Positions 1 through 13,050 of a stretch of DNA of 64,000 nucleotides are shown piece after piece. The stretch is taken from NCBI GenBank assembly GCA_964016885.1, contig OZ024744.1, positions 68,014,001 through 68,078,000 of the forward strand, in the 5' to 3' direction. Position 1 is the first letter of the stretch; each line of letters begins with the position of its first letter. The notes beneath the pieces are model-generated. The model had not been told where the DNA came from. It worked only from the letters and a program-made list of their open reading frames with translations, and searched no databases. A program made the translations under genes and the position numbers. This stretch comes from Eledone cirrhosa. Its lineage: Eukaryota.

Positions 1-105
1 ACGCAGTAATACAGAAGACCCGCCTTGCCTATGTACAAAGCGAAACCTACAGTCAGTAGGCACCTCTTAACCAAATATACACCCCAATCTACTACCACTA
101 CCCTA
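1..105 (+). mobile_element. 3' end fragment of RTE-clade LINE
   Basis: cagaagacccgccttgcct...aaacctac...cagtaggcacctct closely matches the ORF end and start of the 3' UTR of the RTE at 18721-18800. Confidence 0.7.
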
Positions 106-114
106 TCCTATCGA

Positions 115-335
115 AAGGTTGTGAGTTCAATTCTCGGACCGGGTGATGTGTTGTTTCTTTGAGCAAGAGACTTTATTTCACGTTGCTCCAGTTTACTCAG
201 CTGTAGAAATGAGTACTGGCCTGCCCGCCCAGCCAGTGGGATGGCGTTATCTTATGGCTAAAACAGCATGATGTGCTGTAACCAGCGGCGCCGATTGGCA
301 CCCGACAGACTGGTCGGTCAAGGTGATCAAGGTGA
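115..335 (+). mobile_element. tRNA-derived CORE-like SINE (family B)
   Basis: B-box-like gagttcaattc followed by tgtgttgtttctttgagcaagagactttatttcacgttgctccagtttactcagctgtagaaatgag; many copies in window. Confidence 0.7.
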
Positions 336-360
336 TATATATGTATATATATATATATAT

Positions 361-654
361 ATTGTTATACTTGGGGAGGGTCATATTGTTGTAATAATAT
401 TGCCAGAATTAATAACAGAACACACTCACTGTTTGGTTGGTTTTCGCTTCTGTATCTTTTATATCAGTTAATTCATTTGGTCCTATTATATCTGTATTTT
501 TGACCGTTGGTCAGTCAATGGTAAACATTGAGGACCAAATGAATTAACTGATATAAAAGATACAGAAGCGAAAACCAACCAAACAGTGAGTGTGTTCTGT
601 TATTATTTCTGGCAATATTATTACAACAATATGACCCTCCCCAAGTATAACAAT
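361..654. repeat. Fold-back inverted repeat (124-bp arms, 46-bp spacer) inside (TA)n
   Basis: 361-484 is the reverse complement of 531-654 with about 1 mismatch; (TA)n on both sides. Confidence 0.9.
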
Positions 655-665
655 ATATATATATG

Positions 666-705
<40 letters not shown>

Positions 706-780
706 GTGGTGCTATTAAGTTAGATATGACCTGGACCAACACTGGCCGAAACCTATCAAAGTTATATTATATATATATAA

Positions 781-970
781 GGACGGTGGATTGGCAGTAT
801 CGGTAGAGGGTCGGATGACATGCTTTGCAGCAAAGAGTTACGGCCCTTTATGGTCTGAGTTCAAATCCCGCCGAGGTTAACTTTGCCTTTCATCCTTATG
901 GGGTTGATAAAATAAAGTACCAGTAATATACTGGTATAATTGCTGGTCTTGTGCCAAAAGTAGAAACAAT
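781..970 (+). mobile_element. tRNA-derived SINE (family A)
   Basis: A-box-like tggcagtatcggtag, B-box gagttcaaatcc, body gccgaggttaactttgcctttcatcc...ggggttgataaaataaagtaccagt; about 10 copies in window. Confidence 0.8.
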
Positions 971-1289
971 TATATATATATATAAGATAGATGTGTGTAT
1001 GTTGTATTAAAAATATGATTATGTTTTATGTTCCAGTTTTATGTTGTTTTTGTTTGTTTATTTGTATTTTCTCATATTTTCATAAGTTGGTTGCAGTTTG
1101 TTTGGAACAATCACTTCCTAAATCCATCATCAACATTTCTAGATTTTTACAGTCTCATTACCAGGATGTGAAGTTTGTGTGTGTGTGTGTGTGAAACTGC
1201 TTCTGTATAGTAAACAAATATAATATTTATGGAATTTATCAACAAGGTTTATATCAACTTCATTGCTGGAATTTGACATTTGATAATTA

Positions 1290-1740
1290 CTTATTTATGA
1301 CATGTATGCTGCCTGTGTATTTATTTTAGCTTTGTGTTGTATTATAAACAATATTTCTAATTTTTTTTTTGTGGACATCTATATATTATGGATGTCTTTT
1401 CCACTAATGTTTTCCTATTTAGCTCTGTTTTGTGATATGTGATGTAGTATGTTGTAATTGTTCGTGAATAACTTATGAGACAGTGTTGTACTTGTATGGC
1501 CATTGTAACAGTTGGTGTCATGAGGTTTACAAATTTTATTTTTTTCAATTTCATTTGTTAATAACATTGGTCATGTGTAGCTTATTCTGGAGTTTACATG
1601 CTTGTGGATTATTGTTGATGATGGAGTTACTGTCATATATTATAAGGGCTAGTATATTGTTATTGTTAATGAGTTTGGTGAGATATATTTTATGTTACGT
1701 TTTATGAAATTTTCTGATTGTGTGCTTGTCTGTCCTTTAA
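1290..1740 (-). pseudogene. Highly degenerate Penelope-like GIY-YIG endonuclease remnant
   Basis: Minus-strand frames give IINNNP...TNVINK, YNGHTSTTLSHKL and YHKTELNRKTLVEKTSII, resembling the PLE EN pattern YIGxTTTTLSRRL...H...LTRxxLVxNTxI; many stops and frameshifts. Confidence 0.4.
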
Positions 1741-1808
1741 AGTCTACATAAGAAAAGAAAAAGGAAAAAGATTTTTAAAATAGTCATGTTATAAAGGAAA
1801 ACATTTAT

Positions 1809-2025
1809 CATCATCATCATCATCATCATCACCGTTTAACATCCATTTTCCATGCTAGCATGGTTTAGATGGATTTGTCCCATTAGAGGCAAATTGGGTC
1901 AGGTGACCATGTCTCGCTCAAATAGGACTACTTCTGGCTGGTTTTCCATAGATGGATGTCCTTCCCAACACCAACGACATTTACAGTGTGTCCCGTGTCA
2001 CCTACATGACCACTTTACAGAGTAA
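1809..2025 (-). mobile_element. RTE-type 3' tail fragment with (GAT)n
   Basis: (CAT)n-cgtttaacatccattttccatgctagcatgg is the reverse complement of the RTE 3' end at 19130-19190. Confidence 0.7.
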
Positions 2026-2222
2026 GGGTGGTGTGGGCAGAAGTGGGAGGGTGAAGTAGGGGTGTGGGGGCTGTATATTGGATTAAGAGGTACCTACTTA
2101 GTGTATGTAAGTCCATGCACAAGGGAAGGGGCTCTTCTGTATTACCTCATAATACCAAAGATCTCGATCCTGTGTTATTGTCTTTGAGAGGTGCAAGTGT
2201 GCAAGGTCAGCTTTTATATATA

Positions 2223-3431
2223 CAGGTTTGCTCAGTTCTTTGAGGACATTTGAATGAATTTAGTCATGAAAGAAGAGCTTTATTTGAGAACAAATTGGCA
2301 TGAACAATCTTGAGACTCTTTTTAGTACATCTACTTGGTGAATCTGCTGTTACCATAGATGACTACTCCAATATGAGGTCTGAAATATTGACATCCCAAA
2401 ATCAGATGGTTTTTATATATTTTTGACATTGTGTTAGCTATAGTGCACTTCTGAAATTTTATACTATTATGGGGGTATTGATTGACTTCCCTCTCAAGTA
2501 TGACCCATACATAGTAATTTAATGGATTCAGGTCTGGAGAGCTAGGATATCATATGTTTGGGGTGATGTGATCATGGAGATTTAAACTCATCTATTCATG
2601 GCTCATCTTGACCATATGAGTTGGCAGGTGTAAAGTCGTCCTTTGCTCACTCACACTCTTTATCCAAGGCTTCACAACTTTCTCCAACACCTTATTATAG
2701 TCAATGGCATTGACCATTAAGTCCTGAGAAATGGTATGAGGAGGCATGGCATTTCTTTCATTGTTTACACCTCCCATAACCATCACAATTGCCAGAAACT
2801 TTGTGTGCATGAACACTGGAATATCTTTAGGGTCTCTGCATAACCATTTATCATTCCTTTAGTTATTCTTTTGGTCCTGATCAAAGTTTTTCTTGTCAGA
2901 GAAAAACTAAAGCATTACAGGCTCATGATGTTTTAACTTGTTCAACAAGTACTTTGTATGGATCAGAAGAGTATCTTTTACAAATATGAATTGACCTCTC
3001 CACATTACATATGACTTATATTGAAGGTCCTTATGCACAATTTTTCTGATAGTCTGTCTTGAAACCTTGAGATCCTTAGCAATGGCACTAATTGACATTC
3101 TGAGGTTCTTATCTCTCATGCAAATATAGGTATTCTGATGGTATTCGGACCCTTAGCAGGTATTTTACATTTGGCTACTGCTGTAGAATTCCCATTAACA
3201 GCTTCCAGCTCTTTGCAAACTTTAACATCAAATGTCTGTGCAACTTTCAGGTAGAAAGCAATCTCTAAATCACTATGCTCTATCTTTAAGGGAATGATTC
3301 CAGCATGTCTTTTCCTTTGTGAGTTAGCTTGATGTCTGTCACCATTTATCTGAAAAGAAATGATAATCAGAACAAATTAGAAAAAGTTAGATCTATTAAA
3401 AAACTTGTCCTCAAAAAACTGAGCAACCCTC
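2223..3431 (-). mobile_element. Degenerate Tc1/mariner (maT-like) DNA transposon
   Basis: TIRs caggtttgctcagttctttgaggaca / tgtcctcaaaaaactgagcaaccctc flanked by TA; transposase remnants 2907-3119 (HTH: SISAIAKDLKVSRQTIRKIV) and 2592-2816 (HTKF..VMVMG...VVKPWI), homologous to 16243-16698. Confidence 0.85.
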
Positions 3432-4081
3432 TATATTAGTTTTATCAGAGAAGTCTTTTTGTTTGAATCTAAAGGTATTTATGTCCCTAACTAATTTGTT
3501 TTGGAAGGTGTTCAAATACTTATAGAAGCAAACATTAGTAACTATATCCAGAAAATGTGCTTCAAAAGGGATGAGGTCATTAGTTCTTGGGAGATAATTC
3601 TTGTGATATAATTATAGAAGCAAACGTTAGCAATTATGCCCAGAAAATTTGCTTCAAAAGGGATGAGGTCATTAACTGTAATTTTCCCATTAGAAACTTG
3701 TTTTTTATATCTCAAACATTTTACCACACCTGCAATAGGTTTTTTGAGTAGCATTGGTTGGTAAGAGTAGGAATGTTTTTGATAGAATACTTAATTTCAA
3801 ATAGGTCCATGTTTCACAGGTAACAGGCACCCCCAATATATATGTGTGTGTGAAAAGACAAAGAAAGGCAAAGATGAAAAATTAAGTCATTTTAATTTTC
3901 CAACACATGTTTCTACAAAAATAAGCATTGAAATAAATGGAAAGAAAATAGTGGAAAGTCTGGCTCAAGCATTGACTCAAAGAGTTAGATATTAATTCTG
4001 TAATTTCTGTGTCATTAGAGTAACTATAAATGATTATATATATGACTGTGAAATGGTATCTTTATATCTTTTATCTTTATA

Positions 4082-4306
4082 TGTTTCATCAATACAATAT
4101 CAAATAACAGTTCACACATATATGTGTGTGTACACATGCATATACATAGTTATAAGGGATATTTGCATGGAATCTTCAGAGAAGAAAGAATCGTTTATAC
4201 TTACTTCTCTGAAGATTCCATGCAAATATCCCTTATAACAATGTATATGCATGTGTACACACACATATATGTGTGAACTGTTATTTGATATTGTATAGAT
4301 GAAACA
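4082..4306. repeat. Fold-back inverted repeat (~103-bp arms, 19-bp spacer)
   Basis: 4082-4184 is the reverse complement of 4204-4306 with about 2 mismatches. Confidence 0.9.
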
Positions 4307-4321
4307 CTGTGTAAGATGTAA
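4201..4321 (+). ncRNA. Type I hammerhead ribozyme with long stem II
   Basis: ttacttct-CTGAAGA-(85-nt foldable stem II)-GAAA-cactgtg-TA-agatgtaa; stem I pairs 7/8; predicted cleavage after GUA at 4313. Confidence 0.6.
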
Positions 4322-4517
4322 AGTTTGTTTTTAAATGTATTGCCTTCTCCTCCATTTATTCTGTTTATACTTGCTCTGCTTACCTTCTGCACTTAACGCT
4401 CTTTTTATAATATTTAACACTCCACCTGTTAGCATTGAGTGCACTTTGCTTCAGCTATTGACATCTAGTATACTGTTTAACAATTTTTTCGCCCTTATGA
4501 TACATGTCTCTTCTTTG

Positions 4518-4552
<35 letters not shown>

Positions 4553-4664
4553 CGTATATATACCGACAGTCAATTGACTTTCATCAAATCGGACCAAGGA
4601 AACAATGTTTCCATTGGTCTTTCCTATTGCTAATACTATCTATCGGTCGCAACTCCAGGTAGAA

Positions 4665-4778
4665 GGAGCAATGTGAAATAAAGTGTCTTGCTTAAGGATA
4701 TAATGCAGGTTCGGAATCAAACTCACAACCTGACAATTGCGAATCCAATTCTCTAACCACTCAGCAACACGCCTTCAC
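4665..4778 (-). mobile_element. SINE family B, 5' part
   Basis: ggagcaatgtgaaataaagtgtcttgct...aactcacaacc...ctaaccactcagcaac, reverse complement of family B head. Confidence 0.65.
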
Positions 4779-4800
4779 ACATATATATATATATATATAT

Positions 4801-5340
4801 CATCATCATTAGCGTTTAACGTTCATTTTCCATGCTATCATGTGTTGGATGAGGTGTCAATTATGAGAAAGGCCAAGTCAGGTGACCATATCTTGCTCAT
4901 ACAGACCTGATTCTGGCTTGGTTTTCTATGGCTGGATGCCCTTCTTAATGCCAACATTTACAGTTTGCTGGGTGCTCTTTATCGTTACACCTACACAACC
5001 ACTTTACAGTGCAGTGTGGACTGGGTGCTTTTTATTGTGACACTTACACAACCACTTTACAGTGTGGACTAGGTGCTTTTTGTCATGACACACAATCATT
5101 TTACAGTGTGGACTGAATGCTTTTCTTCATGACATCTACACTACCACTTTAAAGTGTGGGCCTGCAGTGCAGTGTGGACTGGGTGCTTTTTATTGTGACA
5201 CTTACACAACCACTTTACAGTGTGGACTAGGTGCTTTTTGTCATGACACACAATCATTTTACAGTGTGGACTGAATGCTTTTCTTCATGACATCTACACT
5301 ACCACTTTAAAGTGTGGGCCTGGTACTTTTTGTCATGATT
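4801..5340 (-). repeat. RTE 3' tail with expanded ~40-bp minisatellite
   Basis: (CAT)n tail, then tandem accactttacagtgtggactgggtgcttttt units, including a higher-order duplication (~5008-5163 repeated at ~5168-5323). Confidence 0.8.
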
Positions 5341-5468
5341 TTCAAAATTAATTGAAATATATAGATAATATATTTCATTAGCAATACATTAATGAAAGGG
5401 TTAACCAGCTACTTACAGGCCTAGATTTATTTAGATTTGAATATGACTGAATATGCAAAAAGTTATAC

Positions 5469-5680
5469 TTAACCCTTTAGCATTTAAACGGGCCAGAATT
5501 TTCTCACCACTTCAAACTGGCCATAACTGGCTGCTCATATTTATGTTATGGCATTGTTCTCAAAATAAATAATATCAAAATGTTATAGATTTGATATTAT
5601 GTGAGCTAATTATGTGAGAAAGGCCTTTACCACAAAAATATAATAGTAAATATAGAGTAATGTAAATGCTTAAGTGTTAA
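5469..5680 (+). mobile_element. piggyBac-type MITE (TTAA-CCCTTTAGCATTTA TIR)
   Basis: TTAACCCTTTAGCATTTA...TAAATGCTTAAGTGTTAA; same ~210-bp body at 9724, 10523, 10705, 13677, 22396, 44945. Confidence 0.8.
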
Positions 5681-6316
5681 CGGTTCACTAACTTCTATAA
5701 AGCTAATGGATCTTTTTATCTTTTCGAGGATTTGTGTTCTAATTTTTTAAATAATGTTTAAATGGCTGAGTATTCCACAGACAAGTACACGACTTGTTGA
5801 AAATAACACAATGTGTGATAAAGATGGATGCTTGAATTACAGGTACAGTCCATTCAATGGGCTTCCAAACAGTTTCCATCTACCCAATTTCATTCACATG
5901 TCTTAGAAGCAACTCAAGGCTATGGTAAAAGACACTTTCACAAGATTCCATACAGAGGGATCGAACCAAAAATCTCATGATTATCACCCAAACCTTTTAA
6001 CAATTCAGCCATGATCTGTGTCTATGGTTCATATATAATCCTGTTAATTGACTAATATTACAATATTACATTAAATTATGTTAATTATTGCCATTAACAA
6101 TAATTACTAAAATTATAGTTAATTTACACTATCTTTCTAAGGTAGTTTATATTGCTATGATCGGAATGTTAATTACAAAGTGTTTCCTGTAGATTTAGGT
6201 CACAAGTTCTTTGTTTTATTATTATTACTATTGACCTTGTGCCTATAGTAGAAATCATTATCATTATTACCATAATAATGATAATGATTTCTACTATAGG
6301 CACAAGAATTCCATTC

Positions 6317-6635
6317 TGAGTTCCAATGCCGCCGAGGTTAACTTTGCCTTTCATCCTTACAGGGTCAATAAAATAAAGTACCAGTAATACACTGGATAAT
6401 TGCTGGCCTTGTGCCAAAAGCAGAAACAATTATTACCATAATAATAAGGGCGGTGAATTGGCAGTATCGGTAGAGAGTCGAATGCCATGCTTTCCAGCAT
6501 AGTTACGTCCCTTTACGATCTGAGTTCAAATCCCGCCGAGGTTAACTTTGCCTTTCATCCTTACGGGGTCAATAAAATAAAGTACCAGTAATGTACTGGT
6601 TAATTGATGGCCTTGTGCCAAATGTAGAAACAATT
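6317..6635 (+). mobile_element. Two tandem SINE family A copies
   Basis: Partial copy 6317-6430 and full copy 6448-6635 matching 781-970. Confidence 0.8.
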
Positions 6636-6704
6636 ATTACCATTATAATTATTATAATTATTATTTAGTCCAAAGAAGGGAGGTGGGAGGGTAGAAATGG
6701 TAAA

Positions 6705-7350
6705 ATATTTTCTTTATTAACCACAAGGGTTGACACAAAGTATAACATTAAGGACGGCACAGGACAATATAAATGGGTGTGTCTGCATGTAAAAACAAAT
6801 ACATAAAAACAAAAACAAAGAATATAACAAAAAAATGAGGGGCACTCAAGGAGAAAACCCATTAAAAAAACCACGGTGACCCTGACCACCAGCGCAAGTG
6901 CCCTCTCCCAGTTTTCCATCTCCAATCTACAGGCACATACTCAGAGCAGGCCCATTCACATGGGCCATGCTCACTTCTCTTACCCATCTTTCAACAAATT
7001 GCTGGAAGAGGAACACTTCCCTCTCCACCCTGATTTTCCTTTTCAAATAAAATTCGAAAAAGTTAATCAGGGCATCGCCGAAGAGGTAAGTGCTTGTCTT
7101 CAGCCCTTTCAAATGTGTCCAACACACAAGCTCTTTAAAACTGCCTGCCATTCCTGGCAGTGGGGCAATCCTCACGAAGGACTCAGTTGATAGCCAGATA
7201 CGTCCTACACATGACAGCAGGTGTCCGACATAAACCCACAAGTCAGCAATATTCGGACACTGGACAAGTGCATGCAGGACAATTTTGTCACTCTATGCAC
7301 ATCTCAGACAGGTCCAGCTGATGGCACTTCCATGCCTGTAGAGTTTAACT
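6705..7350 (-). mobile_element. 3' fragment of L1/Tx1-like LINE
   Basis: Homologous to 49265-49970 (ORF 6927-7241 WVYVGHLLSCVGRI...LINFF); ends with aataaagaaaa on minus strand. Confidence 0.85.
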
Positions 7351-7489
7351 GAATATTACATCCTATATTACATTAGAGCAGCCCAATGCATCAGCCTCTA
7401 TGTGTGTGAGCCACATAAATGTCGTTGTGGGACTATCGTGGATAAGTATGGCCTACAACCAGTCTTGCCACCTGAGTGCAGGCCGGTTC

Positions 7490-8050
7490 TCCCCTGACAT
7501 GCTGCTCTCAATGACATATTGAGAAGGAGCCTGGACTCAGCTGGCTTCCCATCACAACTGGAGTTACCAGGCCTCAACCATGGAGACAGAAAGTGCCTGG
7601 ACAGAATGACCCTCTTCCCATTTGAAGGTGGTAGATCCCTCATCTGGGACAACATATGTTGTGACACGTTCTCCACCTCCAATTTAGTTGCTTCAACTAC
7701 AAACCCCAGTATTGCAGCCTGGAAGGCAGAGGGAAGGAAGACCAACAAATACCAGGGATTGTCTGGCCACTTCCTCTTTGCACTGGTCATGAATGTACTC
7801 GGACCCTGTACTTATAAGCTCCTCCGCAAGATCAAAACGTTGGGAGTTCATCTGAGGAAGGAGCACCACAAGGTGGGGTGGGTGTTGGCCATTGTCCTCA
7901 GAAATACTTTTGCAGTCTTGCCCATGTGGTGCAGCCCCAATACCACTGCGCCCTAGTCCCAGAGCCCATCACCCTCCGCTTTCTCCCTTCCATTCTTCTG
8001 AGACCCTAGAGCCCTTGCCTTGCCCTTCCTTTTCCGTTTTTTAATAAAGT
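7490..8050 (+). mobile_element. 3' fragment of CRE-like LINE (RLE domain)
   Basis: RRSLDSAGFPSQLELPGL..D.K..D.MTLFPFEGGRSLIWD resembles the RLE domain at 59100-59495; followed by aataaa. Confidence 0.75.
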
Positions 8051-8078
8051 TTAACATTATTATTTAATTATTACATCT

Positions 8079-8262
8079 ATTGGCAGTATTGGTAGAGCAT
8101 CAGACACCATGTTTTGCAGCATAGAGTTACGGCCCTTTATGTTCTGAGTTCACATCCCGCCGAGGTTAACTTTGCCTTTCATCGTAATGGGGTCGATAAA
8201 ATAAAAGCACCCATAATGCATTGGGGCAATTGCTGGCCTTGTGCCAAAGTAGAAACAATTAT
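8079..8262 (+). mobile_element. SINE family A
   Basis: Matches 781-970. Confidence 0.8.
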
Positions 8263-8728
8263 TCAATTATTACATTTATTGATGTTAAAAACTTCTTTCC
8301 CACTATGGTTGAATTTTCCTTTTTATCCTTCTAGCACTAATGAAATAAATACTTAATTGATATCATCATCATCATCATCATTTAACGTCCACTTTCCATG
8401 CTAGCATGGGTTAGATATATTTATGTGTAACCTTTACTACAATGAATATATAAGAAATAAATCAACTATTTTTTTTTTAATTGTTTAATTGGTAAGAAGG
8501 ACAGTGCTTATGAGCCTATCTGGGGCCCCTTTTACAAGTGGGGAGGAGGTAACCTGAAACAAGAGATTTCACCTTAATGTAATATTGTGAGTACACTACA
8601 GGCACCCAAGGAGTCAGTCATCATCATCGTTTAACGTCCATCTTCCACGCTAGCATGGGTTAGACTGATTATGGTGAAGGATTAAATCTACAACCCAAAT
8701 ACCACAAATCCTGTTTCACACTCTATAT

Positions 8729-8894
8729 CAGTCATGGGCAAACTGTGGCCCATGAGCCATATGTGACCCATTTGGCTTTCTGAATGGCACGCCTAATTTC
8801 AAAATTGCCTTGAATTTTTTTAGTAGTGTGGCCTATTTTATGATGAGCCACATCCTCTGCGGCCCACTCCTCAAAAAAGGATTGCTCATGCCTA
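8729..8894. mobile_element. hAT (Charlie-like) MITE
   Basis: TIRs cagtcatgggcaa / ttgctcatgccta, subterminal gcggccc motifs, 8-bp TSD ctctatat/ctctaaat. Confidence 0.75.
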
Positions 8895-8934
8895 CTCTAA
8901 ATGATCCTGCCAATTCATCACCTTACACCTTAAA

Positions 8935-9240
8935 CTGCTACTTTATTTTTACCAACCCCCGAAGGATTAAAGGCAAAGTTGACCTCAATAGAATTTGAAC
9001 TCAGAATGCAAGAAGCTGAATTCATGATTTCTAATTTAGGCTCAAGTCCAGAAATTTAGAGAAAGGGATAAGTTGATTAAATTGACCCCAATACTTGACT
9101 GGTATTTCATTTTATCAACTTTGGAAGGATAAAAGGCAAAGTCGACCTCGGTGGGATTTGAACTCAGAACAGGTGGGATTTGAAGCCAGAAGAAATTCTT
9201 TGAAGCATTTCTTCTGACATTCTAACACTTTTGCTAATAC
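8935..9240 (-). mobile_element. Two SINE family A copies
   Basis: aaaggcaaagtcgacctcggtgggatttgaactcagaa, reverse complement of family A core, present twice. Confidence 0.7.
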
Positions 9241-9723
9241 ACCACATGGAAAACCATTGGTACAACTTAGTATCAATAATAAAACCCTCCCAAAACAGTT
9301 TTAAATAAATAAAGTGAGACAGTCACCATAGATTATGTTAAAATCTCTACAGATTGATGTAAGTAAGAAAATGGAGTTCATAATGGGGGCTGTAGTTCTA
9401 TGGAGGAAAGATTGTATTTGGTATATCATGAATGAAATACTGTAGAAAATAATGAAGAAGAGAGCAGGTTGACTTGCTAGTCTTGTAATTATGGTTGACT
9501 GGACAGAAAGATAGTGTGTTGTATGTGTCAGCTAATGGTTGTAGTGTTTTGGTGAGATCTTTGGTGTAAATCTGATAGGTTTAGTTTTCTTCTTTCTTTT
9601 TCTATGGTCTAAAATATTTGTATACAAAATGGCTGTTTCTTTCATATTAGATAAATCTACTTGGTTTTTCTCAATTTTTCTCAGTTAATTCTTCACTCAC
9701 TTCTATGATTCAACAGAAAACAT

Positions 9724-9942
9724 TTAATCCTTTAGCATTTACATTACTCTTTATTAACTATTATATTTTCACAGTAAAGGCTTTACCTCACATAATTATC
9801 TCACATAAATATTGAATCTATGAGATTTCGATATTATTTATGTTGAGAACAATACCTTAACATAAGTATGAATGGCTGGTTTAAACAGAAAGAGGTGGGA
9901 GAATTCTGGTCAGATATGACCAGTTAAATGCTAAAGGGTTAA
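9724..9942 (-). mobile_element. piggyBac-type MITE
   Basis: ttaatcctttagcattta...taaatgctaaagggttaa, reverse orientation of the 5469 copy. Confidence 0.8.
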
Positions 9943-10522
9943 AAAACAATTTTGCTACTTATAATGTTGTGAAACTTTGTGATATTAGAATAAGTACTTT
10001 CATTTTTAATGTGATGCAGTCATAGAGTTGTTTTATAATTTTCAAGAATGTTTTGTTAATGTGGTTTCAGGTGTTATAGGACGTTAAGTGTTCAAATGCT
10101 TGCTTTATTAGATTGTAGAGATGTCAATTGTAAATTTGATCATCATCCTCCAAATATACAATGGCTGGTGATAGGAAGGGCATCCAGACAATGGATTGGG
10201 AGGACATCTCAGCTTTGTTAAATACATGATAGCTACTTTAGTGTTAATGATCTACATGATAAATGTACCCAGTACACTTTGTAAACTGGTTGGTGATAAG
10301 AAGGGCATCCAGCAATAGAAAACTTATTGAAAGACATGACAACCTCTCAAATGTTGGTGTCATAAGGAAATGCACTTGGAAGAGTGTGGGAACCTGTGTA
10401 AATGAAATGCAGGGTTCCTGGCTCATCTGAGCATTCAGTAAAATGCAAGAATGTATGTGAGATGCAGGTTTCTGGCCTGTCTCAGAGGTCAGTAGCTTCA
10501 CTTGAGTTCTGAACAGTCTGTC

Positions 10523-10936
10523 TTAACCCTTTAGCATTTAGACTGGCCATATTCAGCCAGAATTCTCTCACCTCTTTCTGTTCAAAATGGCTGCTCGTAC
10601 TTATGTTAAGGTATTTTTCTCAAGATGAATAATATCAAAATCTCATAGATTCAATACTAAGTGAGATAATTATATAAGATAAAGTGTTTACCATGAAAAT
10701 ATAATAACTCTTCAGCATTTACAATACTCTATATTTACTATTATATTTTCACAGTGAAGGCTTTATCTTACATAATTACATAATTATCTCACATAATATC
10801 AAATCTACGAGATTTTGATATTATCTATTTTGAGAACAATACCTTAACATCAGTATGAGTGGCCGGTTACAACCAGTTTGAAAAGAAAGAGGTGAGAGAA
10901 TTTTAGCTGGAGATGGCGGGTTTTAATGTTGGGTTG
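10523..10936. mobile_element. Two adjacent piggyBac-type MITE copies in opposite orientation
   Basis: + copy 10523-10704 abuts - copy 10705-10936, forming an imperfect palindrome. Confidence 0.75.
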
Positions 10937-11035
10937 AGTCACAGTAAACTTTTGAATATTTGACCAAACATTATATGATAAAACCTTTGTTCAGTTAATA
11001 TCTCTCATTAAGAAAATAATATCATTATAGTAATT

Positions 11036-13050
11036 CTTTCTTTATTGGCCCCAAGGGCCAAATCATGTAGGATAATACAACAGACCAGGACAGTGGGGAT
11101 TTACAAAAAATTGAAAACATGCAAACAAATAGAACATAACAATAAACAATAAATTTATAACAATAAAACTTACCTAATAGGGGGAGCACCACCAGGGGTA
11201 ACTTAGGAACCCCACAGATACTAAACGACCCTAAACACCATGAATGTCATAGGAAGGTGTTCCTTTCCTCTTGAAACTCTCCAGCCTACAGGCACATGTT
11301 CAGAGTAGGCCCATCCACGCTATGTTCACCCATATTTTAACAAATGTACTGGAGTGGCAACACTTCCTTCTCCACCCTCACCTTCCTTTTCAAATGGAAC
11401 TAGAAAAAGTTGATGAGGGCATGGCCGAAGAGGAAAGTGTTTGTCTTCAGTCATTTCTGCTGTGTCCACCACACAACCTCTCTCACTACAGTCACCAGAC
11501 AGAGGAAAACTTCCTACCTGTTCTAGCCAAAAGAAAACAGTGGGGTGATTTCATGATGAAGTCGACCAATAGCTAGATTTGTCTTACACATGACAATAGT
11601 TGCTTGACAAAACTCCACAATTCAGCAATATCCAGGCACTAGACAAGTGTGTGCAGAATAATTTCATTGTTCCACGCACGTCTCAGACATGTCTGTCTGA
11701 CAGCACTTCTGTGTCCTTACAATTTGTCTCAAACTAACCCAGAAAAGACTGGCTAGTTCATTCTCTCTTCAAGAGCATCCCATCGCACTTGCCCACCACT
11801 AGTCCTCTATAGAACACTAGAGTGAAGTTTCCACTGACTGCATTACTTGATAGGGCTGTGAGCACCTGACAAGACTCCATGTGTCAGGCTCCCATTCACT
11901 GTCTTCACTTGACCCATGTAGCTGTCAAAGAGTTGAGCTGTGGAAAGACCTGTCTGACAAATGGCAACAAGCCCTGTTCATGAGTTTGGAATATCTAGAG
12001 ATGACATAACCTCAGCGCGTATCTGTGCATCATCAGCCACGGCAGGCTCAGCCCTCCACATAGAGGGTGCTGACAGCAGATGGACCACTTCACCAGTAGA
12101 ACCTGTGCAAACCACAAAAAGTTGAAGAGCTGGTGCTCCAATTTAGTGAGGCATGAATGAGGACAAATCACATTGGTCTGGCAGTAAGAGATGACAGACT
12201 CGATTTACACATATGCCACCTCTGTCTGACCATTTAGGGATAGCTTTCTCTCAGCCCTTTTCTGGGTGAGAGTGGCCACCCTGCTTGTTACCTCATCCCA
12301 GTTCTTACCCACCTGGAAGTCTGGACCAAACAAAGCCACAAGCAACTTCACCAGTCTGTCCATCCAGTGTCAGATGATTCTTTTGAATGGCATGGATTTG
12401 TCTTTGCTGGTGTCGAGCTGCAAACCCACCAACTTGTCTGAGTTTATCTTTGCTCCCATCAGCCTTTCATATTCCTCTAATAAGTTGCTGACCACTTCAA
12501 TTTCCAAGGAGTACAATCCCATATTGGTGATGTCGTCTGCATATGCAAACACATTCCTTCCACAGCCCAGTTTGAGTGGGATGCTCTGCAACAGCTCCAG
12601 CTTCCACATCAATGGCTCGAGAACCAATTCATACAGATGGGAGAAGAGAGGACATCTTTGATGGACTGAGCACATAATTCTGATAGATTGCAGTTGACTT
12701 GGACTACCTAGCAGGTACCTCTGTGCATTGCAGTGACCCAACCTCATTCTAGCACCTTGACCAAAATCTTATGGGCTGGAAATTAATAATGTCCTCCCCG
12801 TTCTCCTCTTTCCTCATCAATGTTACTACGCCCCGACTTCAGAACTGTAAATTCTCCCATTCTACTGCCAGTTGCAATAGATGGCTTCAAGGAGATCAAA
12901 GAACAAGTCTGGCATGTCTATGTAAAGTTCATAAGGCAGACCATCCAAACCGGATGGCTTGCACCTCATGCAGGAAAATTCTTGTATCACTCGTGCTTTC
13001 AAGACTAAATAGTATAATATCAAGCTTGTTCTTACTAGAATAACCATCTG
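11036..13050 (-). mobile_element. Degenerate L1/Tx1-like LINE (RT to 3' end)
   Basis: KPSGLDGLPYELY (12862-13047), SVHQRCPLFSHLYELVLEPL...AYADDI (12370-12747); 3' region homologous to 49265-50900. Confidence 0.85.

Noticed and set aside
781-900. tRNA genes at A/B-box motifs
   Set aside because: These are SINE heads with no cloverleaf, and they continue into SINE bodies
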